Counted from the first letter of the stretch, positions 40,136 through 50,167 are shown. The stretch is DNA of 64,000 nt from a bacterium (GCA_020057885.1 JAGVEX010000019.1:8165-72164); one strand, 5' to 3'. Numbers and translations: made by a program. The notes: generated by a model not told the origin, from the letters alone.

Positions 40136-41227
40136 GTGACACAATCACTCCCCCAAAACGACTTACCCTACTGGATAGCGCTGTCACACTGTCCTAAAAT
40201 TGGACCGACTCGCTGGTCTATCTTGCGACGCAGTTTTAGTACTATGAAAGAAGTGTGGGAAGCTTCGGCGAACGAACTTAAAAGAACTGGTTTAGAAGAA
40301 TATATTATAGTGGCGCTGGTCGATCATCGTCAAAAAACTAACGTGACAGAAAAATGGGAAGAACTTGCCAAATTAAGAATTGAAGTGGTAAATATTATTG
40401 ACGAGCGCTACCCCAAACTTTTGCGCGAAATCTACGATCCGCCGGCACTGCTTTTTTACCGCGGCGATATTAACGCACTAAATAATAATTCTTTGGCTGT
40501 GGTCGGTGCAAGACAGGCCACCAGTTATGGCCTTAGGGTAGCGGAAGAATTTGTACATACTTTAGCTTATGCCGGACTTACTATTATTTCTGGCTTAGCC
40601 TACGGTATAGATGCCGCCGCGCACCGCGCCACACTTAAAGCGAATGGCATTACAGTAGCAGTCTTAGCCTCGGGTTTGGACCAAATTTATCCCACAGCTA
40701 ACCAAGCTTTGGCCAATGAAATGGTAAAACATGGCGGATTGCTCTTAACCGAATTCCCGCCCCACACCGCTCCTTTAAAACAAAATTTTCCTTATCGCAA
40801 CCGGGTTATTGCCGGCCTGGCCCGTGGCACATTGGTAATAGAAGCGGCCCATGGTTCGGGCGCGCTTATTACTGTTAAACAAGCGCTAGAGGCTAACCGT
40901 GAGGTTTTTACAGTGCCGGGCAATATTTTTTCCGAATATTCCAAGGGAACTAATGAACTTTTAAAACTCGGCGCTCATCCTGTTACCGAAGCTCAGGATA
41001 TTTTAAACGTTTATGGTTTAGAAAACACTGCTAAATCAGAAGTATTACCTTTGGCTGATGAGCAAAAAACTTTGCTGGAATATTTGAGTAGCGAACCGCT
41101 TCATATTGATGAATTAGGCCGACAAGCACGAGTACCGGCGGCGGAATTAACAGCCCAATTAACAATTTTGGAGCTAGCAGGCTATGTGCGTGATGTAGGC
41201 GGGCATACGTACATAAAACTAACTTAG
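40136..41227 (+). CDS. dprA: DNA-processing protein DprA
   Basis: YPKLLREIYDPP, VVGAR, ISGLAYGIDAAAH, FPYRNRVIAG; C-terminal winged helix. Confidence 0.97.
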   Translation: MTQSLPQNDLPYWIALSHCPKIGPTRWSILRRSFSTMKEVWEASANELKRTGLEEYIIVALVDHRQKTNVTEKWEELAKLRIEVVNIIDERYPKLLREIYDPPALLFYRGDINALNNNSLAVVGARQATSYGLRVAEEFVHTLAYAGLTIISGLAYGIDAAAHRATLKANGITVAVLASGLDQIYPTANQALANEMVKHGGLLLTEFPPHTAPLKQNFPYRNRVIAGLARGTLVIEAAHGSGALITVKQALEANREVFTVPGNIFSEYSKGTNELLKLGAHPVTEAQDILNVYGLENTAKSEVLPLADEQKTLLEYLSSEPLHIDELGRQARVPAAELTAQLTILELAGYVRDVGGHTYIKLT

Positions 41228-41321
41228 GATTTGCCAAACCAAAGCTAGTTGTGCTATAAACAACACTGTTAACAAAATCTTGAATTTTCCAAACTTGCCT
41301 CAGATAATAATTTAGAAACTT

Positions 41322-43547
41322 ATGTCCAAAAATCTCGTCATTGTCGAATCCCCTACCAAAGCTAAAACCATTAGCCGTTTTTTGGGTAAGGGTTACATAA
41401 TTGCCTCTTCTTATGGCCATGTGCGCGATTTGCCGAAATCAAAATTAGGTGTGGATGTAGACAATAACTTTGAGCCGCAATATGTCATGCCCGTAAAGGC
41501 CAAAAAAAACGTGGCGGAGCTTAAAAAACAAGCAGCCAAAGCCGATATTATTTATCTCGCCACTGATGAAGATAGAGAAGGCGAAGCGATTGCTTGGCAT
41601 TTAGCAGAACTGCTTAAGCCGGATCCTAAAAAAACAAAGCGCATTGCTTTTCACGAAATCACGGAAACCGCCATACGTGAAGCTTTGGAACATCCACGTG
41701 AACTAGATTATAACCTTATCAATGCCCAGCAAGCGCGCCGCATTTTGGATAGATTAGTGGGTTACGAACTATCTCCTTTCTTATGGAAAAAAGTTGTTAA
41801 GGGTCTTTCGGCCGGACGCGTGCAATCAGCCGCCCTAAGACTAGTTGTGGAACGTGAACGAGAAATTTCTTCTTTTAACTCCGAAGAGTATTGGACTATC
41901 GAGGGTATTTTTAGCAAAAATAAAATTGAATTTTCCGCCCAGCTTAATAAACTGTCCGATAAGACTCTGGATAAATTCGATATTCACAATACATCCCAAG
42001 CCGATGATATTGTTAAACAAATTAAAAATGTAAAAAAATGGCAAATAACTAGTCTAGAAAAAAAAGAAGTTAAACGTTCCCCAGCCGCTCCTTACACCAC
42101 CTCTACCCTACAACAAGATGCCAACCGCCGCCTCAGTTTCTCTGCCACTCAGACTATGATGCTCGCACAAAGACTTTACGAGGGCGTAGATTTACCCGAA
42201 GGTTCAGCTGGTCTTATTACTTACATGCGTACCGACTCCACTAATTTGGCGGAAAAATTTCTAACTGAAACTCAAAATTTTATTAAAGAAGAATGGGGTG
42301 ATAAATATGCCACCGGCGCTCACCGCTATGCCACAAAATCTAAAAATGCCCAAGAAGCTCACGAAGCTATTCGCCCTACCGATATCAAACGCCACCCCGA
42401 TGCTCTAAAAGATATTATGAGGCCGGCGGAATGGAGACTTTATAATCTCATTTGGCGCCGCACTCTCGCGAGCCAATTGCCCGAAGCTATTATGGAATCC
42501 ACTGGTATTGATATTACGGGCGATGAAACTGTAGCCACTTTCCGCGCCAATGGTTCTCGACTGCTGTTTGATGGATTTTTAAAAGTTTTTCCGGAACAAT
42601 ATAAAGATAATTTGTTGCCCGAATTAGCCGAGAATGATATTTGTCAACTTAGTAAGCTCACGCCCGAACAGCATTTCACTGAACCTCCGGCCCGCTATTC
42701 CGACGCTACTTTAGTAAAAGCTTTAGAAAGCTATGGCATTGGTCGGCCTTCCACTTATGCCCCCACCATCGGCACTATTTTAGCGCGTGGTTATGTGGAA
42801 CGTCTTGAACGCCGCCTTAAACCTACCGAGCTCGCTATGCTGGTAAATGATGTGCTGGTGCAACATTTCCCTCAAATTGTGGATTATGAATTTACTGCCA
42901 AAATGGAAAACGATCTGGATGAAATTGCCGAGGGCAAGGCTGAGTGGGTGCCAATTATCCGTAGTTTTTACCAACCATTCAAAGGACATTTAAATTCCAA
43001 ATACGAAGAGGTTAATAAAAAAGATCTCACTGAAACGGCTACTAATGAAATTTGTGAAAAATGCGGTAGCTCGATGATAATTAAATTTGGACGTTTTGGA
43101 AAATTTTTAGCCTGTTCTAAATATCCAGAGTGTAAAAATACCAAACATATCGCGGCTAATGGCGAAATTGAAGCGCCAGAAACTACCGACGAAAAATGTC
43201 CGGAGTGTGACAGCGCTATGGTGGTAAAGCGTGGACGTTTTGGAAAATTTTTAGCCTGTTCTAAATATCCGGAATGTAAAGGCATTAAAAAAATTCTTAA
43301 ATTAACGGGTGTTAAATGCCCCGAATGCAAGGAGGGTGATATTGCTGAAAGGCGCTCTAAACGCGGCCGAAATTTTTATTCCTGCTCCCGCTATCCTGAT
43401 TGTAAATTCGCTCTCTGGAGCAAACCAACCGGCGAAACTTGTACTAAATGTAACTCACTGATAGTGTATGGTAAAAAAGGCACGGCCAATTGCTCTAATA
43501 AAGAATGTGATTTTAGTAAAGAAATAAAAGAATCTGCTGAAAGTTAA
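41322..43547 (+). CDS. topA: DNA topoisomerase I
   Basis: IVESPTKAKTI, ATDEDREGEAIAWH, SAGRVQS, ITYMRTDS; C-terminal Zn ribbons. Confidence 0.98.
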   Translation: MSKNLVIVESPTKAKTISRFLGKGYIIASSYGHVRDLPKSKLGVDVDNNFEPQYVMPVKAKKNVAELKKQAAKADIIYLATDEDREGEAIAWHLAELLKPDPKKTKRIAFHEITETAIREALEHPRELDYNLINAQQARRILDRLVGYELSPFLWKKVVKGLSAGRVQSAALRLVVEREREISSFNSEEYWTIEGIFSKNKIEFSAQLNKLSDKTLDKFDIHNTSQADDIVKQIKNVKKWQITSLEKKEVKRSPAAPYTTSTLQQDANRRLSFSATQTMMLAQRLYEGVDLPEGSAGLITYMRTDSTNLAEKFLTETQNFIKEEWGDKYATGAHRYATKSKNAQEAHEAIRPTDIKRHPDALKDIMRPAEWRLYNLIWRRTLASQLPEAIMESTGIDITGDETVATFRANGSRLLFDGFLKVFPEQYKDNLLPELAENDICQLSKLTPEQHFTEPPARYSDATLVKALESYGIGRPSTYAPTIGTILARGYVERLERRLKPTELAMLVNDVLVQHFPQIVDYEFTAKMENDLDEIAEGKAEWVPIIRSFYQPFKGHLNSKYEEVNKKDLTETATNEICEKCGSSMIIKFGRFGKFLACSKYPECKNTKHIAANGEIEAPETTDEKCPECDSAMVVKRGRFGKFLACSKYPECKGIKKILKLTGVKCPECKEGDIAERRSKRGRNFYSCSRYPDCKFALWSKPTGETCTKCNSLIVYGKKGTANCSNKECDFSKEIKESAES

Positions 43548-43560
43548 AATAAACTATTAA

Positions 43561-43591
43561 AAATAACCCCGCCCTACAGCGGGGTTATTTT
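43561..43591 (+). terminator. Intrinsic terminator after topA
   Basis: AAAATAACCCCGC-CCTACA-GCGGGGTTATTTT. Confidence 0.8.
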
Positions 43592-43685
43592 ATTTTATCC
43601 TCTTGACAACTCTACTAAAAAGGACTTAGATAGAGGCAAACAAATCTAAAATTGATATTTTATAAACAAACAAAAAGGTAACATT

Positions 43686-44189
43686 ATGAAAAAATTAATC
43701 ATTTGGACATCTGTTGTTGTCATAATACTCGGCACTGTTATTGTCTATCTTGTATACAACAAACAACAGCAAGATAGTTTAAAAAATAAAAGCTATCGTA
43801 GTGCGCCCAGCGACAGTATGAAAATTGTTTATCTGGCTAACGCGGATACAATTGCCAAGGCAAAGGATGGTGTGGCAAATTTACTCTATAAATTGAGTAA
43901 TTATTTTGACGCTGTAATTTGGATTACAACTACGCCTGATTCATTTCCCTCAGCTGATCCGCTTGATCCACGAATTAAATATTATACGTCGCCAAACGAC
44001 AGTGAGGCTATTTTGTTAGCCAAAAAAATATTTATTGACAATGGTTGGCCACAAACTGCTCGTATACGTTATATATTCCACAGCAATATGCTTATCTCCT
44101 CACAAGAAGAGATGATTAAAAAATTGGTCAAAGATGGAATTATAATAACAGGTGTACAAGTGGGATATAATTATACTCCACTAAAATAA
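43686..44189 (+). CDS. Hypothetical membrane-anchored protein
   Basis: N-terminal TM; upstream TTGACA promoter and AAGG SD. Confidence 0.65.
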   Translation: MKKLIIWTSVVVIILGTVIVYLVYNKQQQDSLKNKSYRSAPSDSMKIVYLANADTIAKAKDGVANLLYKLSNYFDAVIWITTTPDSFPSADPLDPRIKYYTSPNDSEAILLAKKIFIDNGWPQTARIRYIFHSNMLISSQEEMIKKLVKDGIIITGVQVGYNYTPLK

Positions 44190-44291
44190 CAATTAACCAA
44201 ATAATAATCGGTCAAGGCGAAGACTAAACCTCTTCGCTTTTTTATTTCTTGAAAAAAACTTCACTCTATGTTAATCTGAAACATAACTACT

Positions 44292-45770
44292 ATGGCTACA
44301 TTTGAGGACATAAAATCAATCATTATAAAAAATAATCCTGAGGCCGAGGTGGCGGTACTACAACGCGCCTATGATTTTGCTACTCAAGCCCACGCCGGCC
44401 AAAAACGGCTAGACGGCTCTGACTATGTTCAGCATGCCATTGAAACGGCCTACACTTTAGCACAAATGAATTTAGATTTGGATACTATTACCGCCGGCCT
44501 GTTGCACGATGTACCCGAGGACACGGCTGTAACTTTGGACGAGATAAAAAAAGAATTCGGCGCTGAGGTGGCAAAATTAGTGCGTGGTATTACTAAACTC
44601 GGTAAATTAAAATACCGCGGCTTGGAACGCTACGCCGAAAACTTGCGCAAAATGTTCGTGGCTATGGCCGAAGATGTCCGCGTAATTCTAATAAAATTAG
44701 CCGATCGCTTGCATAATCTACAAACTTTAGACGCCCTGCCGCCCGTAAAACAACAACGCATTGCTCGTGAAACTCTGGAAATTTACGCACCTATCGCCAA
44801 TCGTTTAGGTATTGGTGAACTCAAGGGTAAGTTGGAGGATTTGGCTTTTAAATATGTTTACCCCGAAGAATATGCGTGGGTGGTAAAAAATGCCAAGGCA
44901 CGCTTAGATGAGCAACTCGCTTATGTAAATACAATAATAGAAAAAATGAAAGATCTTTTAAAACAAAATAATATTCAACTTATACATATACACGGACGAG
45001 TTAAACATTATTACAGCCTATACCGAAAACTTTTGCGCAAAGATATGGACTTAAATAAAGTTTACGATTTAGTAGCTATACGCCTCGTAGTGCCCGACGT
45101 ATCCGCCTGCTACCATATGTTGGGTTTAATTCACGCCCAATGGAAACCCTTGCCCGGCCGCATTAAAGATTACATTGCTCAGCCCAAACCAAATGGTTAT
45201 CGCAGTCTTCATACTACTGTTTTTGGTGATGACGGTCGTATTGTGGAAATTCAAATTCGCGATAAAGCCATGCATGAACACGCTGAATATGGTATCGCCG
45301 CCCATTGGCATTACAAAGAAGGTAATAAAAAAAGTTTTCAGCTTCCGCCGGAACAGCTTAAGTGGATTACTGAACTTTTGGAATGGCAAAAAGAAATTAA
45401 AGATAATGAACAATACTTAAGCGCTCTTAAAATAGATACCTTTCAAAACAGAATTTTTGTTTTTACGCCCAAAGGCGATGTGATAGATTTACCGGAAAAT
45501 GCTACACCGGTGGATTTTGCTTACTATATCCACTCTGATATTGGCAATAAATGTTCTGGTGCGCGCGTGAATGAAAAAATAGTAACACTCGATACTAAGC
45601 TTGCCAGTGGTGATTTAGTAGAAATAATTATCGATAAAAACCGCGCTGGGCCAACGGAAGATTGGCTGGAATTCGTTAAAACCAATATGGCAAAAAGTCA
45701 TATTAAAAGTTATGTTAAAAAGAAGCATGGCAGACTGTTGGGCATTTTTAGTCGTAAAAAAGAGGGGTAA
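44292..45770 (+). CDS. rel: RelA/SpoT family (p)ppGpp synthetase/hydrolase (HD-SYN-TGS, no ACT)
   Basis: LLHDVPED, IKLADRLHN, GRVKHYYS, KPNGYRSLHT, EIQIR, FTPKGD..DFAY.IH. Confidence 0.93.
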   Translation: MATFEDIKSIIIKNNPEAEVAVLQRAYDFATQAHAGQKRLDGSDYVQHAIETAYTLAQMNLDLDTITAGLLHDVPEDTAVTLDEIKKEFGAEVAKLVRGITKLGKLKYRGLERYAENLRKMFVAMAEDVRVILIKLADRLHNLQTLDALPPVKQQRIARETLEIYAPIANRLGIGELKGKLEDLAFKYVYPEEYAWVVKNAKARLDEQLAYVNTIIEKMKDLLKQNNIQLIHIHGRVKHYYSLYRKLLRKDMDLNKVYDLVAIRLVVPDVSACYHMLGLIHAQWKPLPGRIKDYIAQPKPNGYRSLHTTVFGDDGRIVEIQIRDKAMHEHAEYGIAAHWHYKEGNKKSFQLPPEQLKWITELLEWQKEIKDNEQYLSALKIDTFQNRIFVFTPKGDVIDLPENATPVDFAYYIHSDIGNKCSGARVNEKIVTLDTKLASGDLVEIIIDKNRAGPTEDWLEFVKTNMAKSHIKSYVKKKHGRLLGIFSRKKEG

Positions 45771-45790
45771 TTAATATTTATACTAACAAA

Positions 45791-45823
45791 AATCACCCCG
45801 CCATTTGGCGGGGTGATTTATTT
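45791..45823. terminator. Bidirectional terminator between rel and parB
   Basis: AATCACCCCGCC-ATTT-GGCGGGGTGATT with A/T tracts on both sides. Confidence 0.8.
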
Positions 45824-45840
45824 ATTAAAAACAATTCTAC

Positions 45841-46740
45841 TTAATCTTTCTCCAATAACTTTTTCACCAAAGCCACCAACTCCTGGGTGGAATAAAATAT
45901 CACTTCAATGGCGCCCGCATGCTTAGTACCCTTAATTTTAACTCTAGTGCCCAAGGCATGCTGTAACTCATTTTCCCACGCTTTAAGTTCGGGATCAGCC
46001 GACATTTTACGCTCATGTCCTCGCACACGCACTTTTTGCACTTTAGCTTCGGCCAAACGTACCGGCAAACCTTCTTTAACAATAGCGTTAAATAATTTTT
46101 CCTGTTCTACTTTATTTTCCACACTCAAAATAATTTTAGCGTGACCAAAAGTAATAACTCCCTGCCGCAAAGCTTCTTGTATGGCTGGTAGTAACTCCAA
46201 AAGCCTCATAGTGTTGGCCACTTGTGCGCGCGACTTGCCTACCTGCTTGGCAATTTTCTCCTGCGTTAAATCAAATTCACTTTGTAACCTCACGTAAGCC
46301 TCTGCCTCTTCCATGGGATTTAAATCTTGGCGTTGTAGGTTTTCCACTAACGCGATCTCTAAACTTTCTTGTTGAAGCACTTCGCGTACAATAGCTGGTA
46401 CCGTAGAAAAGCCGGCTATTTGCGCTGCACGCAAACGCCGCTCACCAGTTATTAAATCATAACGTCCGTCTGAACGTGGTGTAACAATTAACGGCTGTAA
46501 TATGCCATGAACCTTAATCGAACCGACCAAATCTTCCAAACTACTGTGATCAAAATGATGACGCGGCTGCTGAGGATTAGGATTAATGAGCTTTATCTCG
46601 ATTTGTTTAATCTCACTGGCCTGAGGCGTGGCTGACGCAGCTGACGCTTGATTATTGCCGCCCCAAAAATTCGCCCCTTCATTTTTTCTAGAAGGAATGA
46701 GAGAGCTTAAACCTTTACCTAATTGAAATGTTTTTGCCAT
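45841..46740 (-). CDS. parB: Chromosome partitioning protein ParB/Spo0J
   Basis: LGKGLSSLI, NPQQPR, GERRLRAA, ENLQRQDLN. Confidence 0.96.
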   Translation of the reverse strand: MAKTFQLGKGLSSLIPSRKNEGANFWGGNNQASAASATPQASEIKQIEIKLINPNPQQPRHHFDHSSLEDLVGSIKVHGILQPLIVTPRSDGRYDLITGERRLRAAQIAGFSTVPAIVREVLQQESLEIALVENLQRQDLNPMEEAEAYVRLQSEFDLTQEKIAKQVGKSRAQVANTMRLLELLPAIQEALRQGVITFGHAKIILSVENKVEQEKLFNAIVKEGLPVRLAEAKVQKVRVRGHERKMSADPELKAWENELQHALGTRVKIKGTKHAGAIEVIFYSTQELVALVKKLLEKD

Positions 46741-46751
46741 GGTGTTTTTAA

Positions 46752-47519
46752 TTAAATTCCTAATTCATTTAAAACTTCCTGCGTTAGTGCTTGGTAAGCT
46801 GTGGCGCCTTTAGAATGTGGGTCATAAAGCATAATAGGCTGTCCATAACTTGGTGCTTCAGCTAAACGCACATTACGTGGAATCATTGTTTGAAATAATT
46901 TGTTGGGGAAATGAGTTTTAAGTTCTTGCAAAACAGCGGCTGAAAGTCGGTTGCGGCTATCATACATAGTGATTAAAGCTCCTAAAATTCCCAAATCGGA
47001 TTTAAGATTAGCTTGCACTAAATTTATAGTGTGAAGCAATTGGCCTAACCCTTCTAAAGCATAATATTCAGCCTGCAAGGGTATTAATACTTTATCAGCC
47101 GCTACCAGACCATTAATGGTAAGTAAACCCAAGGATGGAGGACAATCTATTAAGATAATATCATATTCCGGCCGCAAAATCTCTAAAGCTTGTTGTAATT
47201 TAAATTCACGGCCTTCTATATTAACTAATTCCACGGCCGCGCCAGCCAAATCGGCGTGTGCCGGCAAAACCACCAGTCTCTCCACGGCCGTTGATTTTAC
47301 TATATCTGTTACAATTGGTGGCTCTAGTAATACATGATAAACATGTTTGTCAGAATTTTCCAAATGCACTCCCAAACCAGCTGAAGCATTGGCTTGTGGG
47401 TCAATATCAACTAATAATACCTTCCTGCCAAACGCAGCCAAATAGGCTGCCAAATTTACAGCGGTAGTGGTTTTACCAACTCCACCTTTTTGATTAACTA
47501 AAGCAATAATATGTCCCAT
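46752..47519 (-). CDS. parA: Chromosome partitioning ATPase ParA/Soj
   Basis: NQKGGVGKTTT, DIDPQANA, IDCPPSLG, PRNVRLAEAPS. Confidence 0.97.
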   Translation of the reverse strand: MGHIIALVNQKGGVGKTTTAVNLAAYLAAFGRKVLLVDIDPQANASAGLGVHLENSDKHVYHVLLEPPIVTDIVKSTAVERLVVLPAHADLAGAAVELVNIEGREFKLQQALEILRPEYDIILIDCPPSLGLLTINGLVAADKVLIPLQAEYYALEGLGQLLHTINLVQANLKSDLGILGALITMYDSRNRLSAAVLQELKTHFPNKLFQTMIPRNVRLAEAPSYGQPIMLYDPHSKGATAYQALTQEVLNELGI

Positions 47520-47552
47520 AGTACTAATTTAGTATACGTTGAGGCTTGCACT

Positions 47553-47581
47553 TTGACAATTTTTTCAGTTGCTATTATGAT
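47553..47581 (+). promoter_or_regulatory. Sigma70 promoter for tRNA-Leu
   Basis: TTGACA (47553-47558)-17 nt-TATGAT (47576-47581). Confidence 0.75.
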
Positions 47582-47590
47582 AAGTTATGC

Positions 47591-47724
47591 TTTAATAATT
47601 GCCGAAGTGGGCGAAAAGTGAGTAGGCATAACTTTTCGCGGGTAACAAAAGTTACCCAGGCCGCCACGAGGCACAATTTTTTGCTTGAGGCCAAAGCCGA
47701 GAAATTTAATAATTGCCGAAGTGG
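47591..47724 (+). repeat. 20-bp direct repeat of the tRNA-Leu 5' junction flanking a 94-nt structured insert
   Basis: TTTAATAATTGCCGAAGTGG at 47591-47610 and 47705-47724. Confidence 0.8.
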
Positions 47725-47799
47725 CGGAATTGGTATACGCACACGACTCAAAATCGTGCGGAGAAATCCATGAGGGTTCGAGTCCCTCCTTCGGCACCA
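47715..47799 (+). tRNA. tRNA-Leu(CAA)
   Basis: GCCGAAGTGGCGGAATTGGTATACGC-A-CACGA-CTCAAAA-TCGTG, long variable arm, GGTTCGAGTCC, TTCGGCACCA. Confidence 0.96.
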
Positions 47800-48013
47800 C
47801 GTAAAGCTCATGCGCTCAAAGCGCATTCGCCACGTGGCGCAGCCATAATCAAATGTTAACCTTAAATCATCTTGGCTTTACGTGCCCCGTGATCCTGCTT
47901 TAGCAGGATTTTACGGGGCAGAAATAACAGCCTTGCTAAAAATGCTTTATTCGGCTATTCTAAGATAGCTTAACGTAAAATATTGCATAGTAAGCAAAGT
48001 TAATTTTACACGA

Positions 48014-48088
48014 CGCGGGGTGGAGAAGTGGCATCTCGCCTGGCTCATAACCAGGAGATCGTGGGTTCGAATCCCACTCCCGCAACCA
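48014..48088 (+). tRNA. Initiator tRNA-fMet(CAT)
   Basis: CGCGGGG...CCCGCAACCA with C1:A72 mismatch; anticodon loop CTCATAA. Confidence 0.92.
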
Positions 48089-48149
48089 AGTATTTTCTTC
48101 GGCGCGTGGCTAGACCAGCCGCGCGTCGTATGGTATACAAGCATAGTAT

Positions 48150-48226
48150 GGCAGGGTAGCTCAGTTGGTTAGAGCGAGGGACTCATAAGCCCTAGGTCGT
48201 GGGTTCGATTCCCACCCCTGCTACCA
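48150..48226 (+). tRNA. tRNA-Met(CAT), probably elongator (Ile2 not excluded)
   Basis: GGCAGGGTAGCTCAGTTGGTTAGAGC...CTCATAA...GGTTCGATTCC...CCTGCTACCA. Confidence 0.9.
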
Positions 48227-48347
48227 GAATAAAAGTATCTCATTTTATGGGGTACTTTTATTCTTTATAATTATAGGTAACCTTAAAAATATTAGTCTCT
48301 AAACATATGCTACTACAAAGTTATCAAATTACTGCTATACTTAATGT

Positions 48348-48719
48348 ATGAAAATACTTTTAAAAATAATTATTGGTTTCTTAGCTGTAGTAGGCGCATT
48401 AACTATTGCCGCCGGCACCTACTTATACATAGCTGACCCTTTTGGGCTCAAAACTTTATTTATGGCGCCAGATCTAAATACAACCAATATAAATGCTAAA
48501 CAGACTGATATTAAAAACTCTACAAACCCATTAATAACGCCAAACCAAGCTGCTGCGCTACAAAAATTAGGTATTGATCCGAGTAAGTTGCCAACCGAAA
48601 TATCACCAGCTAAAGAAGCTTGTTTTGTGGCATCGCTTGGCCAAGCCAGGGTCAATGAGATCAAAGCTGGCGCAGTGCCTACGCCAATGGATCTACTAAA
48701 AGCCAAATCATGTCTATAG
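48348..48719 (+). CDS. Hypothetical membrane-anchored protein
   Basis: N-terminal TM, two Cys; TGcTATACT 6 nt before the ATG. Confidence 0.75.
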   Translation: MKILLKIIIGFLAVVGALTIAAGTYLYIADPFGLKTLFMAPDLNTTNINAKQTDIKNSTNPLITPNQAAALQKLGIDPSKLPTEISPAKEACFVASLGQARVNEIKAGAVPTPMDLLKAKSCL

Positions 48720-48811
48720 GATAAATACGTCCTCTCTTCAATAAAACTCCCTAACATCCACTATTACTTTAATTCCAGAGCAAATTAATTATCTGCCCTG
48801 CGTAGCGGTGG

Positions 48812-48826
48812 CCACCTCTGCTACCA
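48812..48826 (+). repeat. att-like copy of the tRNA-Met 3' end
   Basis: CCACCTCTGCTACCA vs tRNA CCACCCCTGCTACCA (48212-48226): 14/15 identical, 600 bp apart. Confidence 0.7.
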
Positions 48827-49025
48827 TGTGGTAATAAGCGAGGTTAAAGCCTCGCTTATTATATTAGTTAAAGACTTTTTGTTCAGTGCTAACCTAACAC
48901 ATTTACATTCAACAATTGGATATCCCTTTGCTATTAGTTGTAACTATTCAAAGGTTTAAATATTGGGCTTTCCACTTTTCAAGCTAAAATTCGAGCCTAA
49001 ATATTTTTTAGTGTATAATGAAAAT

Positions 49026-49946
49026 ATGGGAATTGAACAAAACTTATCAAATCAAAACAAACAAGAGACTCAAGAAATTATTGAGGATACTAAAAAAGTG
49101 CCTTCGATTGAATTACCTAATACTCAGGAGGTAGAAGTAAGAACTATAATGAAACAATTAGAAAAAGACAAAAAAAATATGGAGGGAGCAAAAGAAACGC
49201 CCGAAGACTTTAGAAAAGCATGTTGTTTATTGTTAGAAGTACTAGAAAAGCAAGAAAAGACTGCAAAAGAAGGATATATTTTTACTTATGGATCTGAAAC
49301 AGAAAAAACAAGTCGTGGTGAAACAATTTTAGTTGATACTTTAAGTTGGTTAGATAGAAATGATGCATTTGATGATATAAAAAAACGATTAGTACTTATT
49401 GCTACAGACCCTACAAATAAAAAAATTATAGGTTTACGATTATCAGATATACAAAAAGGTAGTTTATCTAAAGATGAGGAGGAAGATAATTATATAAACA
49501 ATGAAAATGTTAGGGGGGAAATATTAACTAGATATAGAGGAGAAGGGATTGCTACCGCTGTAGACACAGTATTTATGAGAATATTAACTAAGGTTGCTAA
49601 CGAATATAAACAAAATTATCCTGGTAGTTATCAATTAAATTGGAATGTAGAAAACCAAAATCTTAAAAGAATAGAAGAAAAAAATAATTTAATTAAACCA
49701 ATTACTAAGACTGATATTAAGAATAAAGAAGAACAAAAAAGATGGCAATCATTATATGGAGAGGGTGGTAAGTTTGGATTTAGTAAACTTAATGATTACG
49801 ATTATACAAAAACAATACAGCCTGATATCACTGATGAGTCATTGTCTAAAGATCAATCAATATATTCTAAAAAAAATTTTATGAAACCTGTAGATCTCAA
49901 TAAATTTCAGGAAATAATAGAGTCATTAAAGGAGTTTAATAATTAA
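49026..49946 (+). CDS. Hypothetical protein (possibly GNAT-like)
   Basis: AT-rich ORF; YRGEGIAT resembles the acetyl-CoA motif; start at MGIEQ, 6 nt after TATAAT. Confidence 0.6.
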   Translation: MGIEQNLSNQNKQETQEIIEDTKKVPSIELPNTQEVEVRTIMKQLEKDKKNMEGAKETPEDFRKACCLLLEVLEKQEKTAKEGYIFTYGSETEKTSRGETILVDTLSWLDRNDAFDDIKKRLVLIATDPTNKKIIGLRLSDIQKGSLSKDEEEDNYINNENVRGEILTRYRGEGIATAVDTVFMRILTKVANEYKQNYPGSYQLNWNVENQNLKRIEEKNNLIKPITKTDIKNKEEQKRWQSLYGEGGKFGFSKLNDYDYTKTIQPDITDESLSKDQSIYSKKNFMKPVDLNKFQEIIESLKEFNN

Positions 49947-50167
49947 AACTAATGATAGTGTAACTAATCTAAGGCTATCTCTTTGAACCACAATTCTGGC
50001 TCTAGCGTCGCCCATTAATCCTTACTAAAATTTTCCTCAAAAATGACTGTCTTTGGAGTCATTTTTGGTTTAGGGAAAAAATCAAATCAGTAAAGCTCCT
50101 CACTTATTATCTAAAATTTGCTATAATAAGAGTATATTTAATCCCTTAAGGAAAGGGGGTGAATCGT

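Noticed and set aside
47546-48144. ORFs overlapping tRNA-Leu and tRNA-fMet
   Set aside because: Spurious translations of tRNA genes.
49997-50030. TGGCTC junction-like sequence after the 49026-49946 gene
   Set aside because: Lacks the GAC/GAAC positions and is far from tRNA-Asn; too weak to count.
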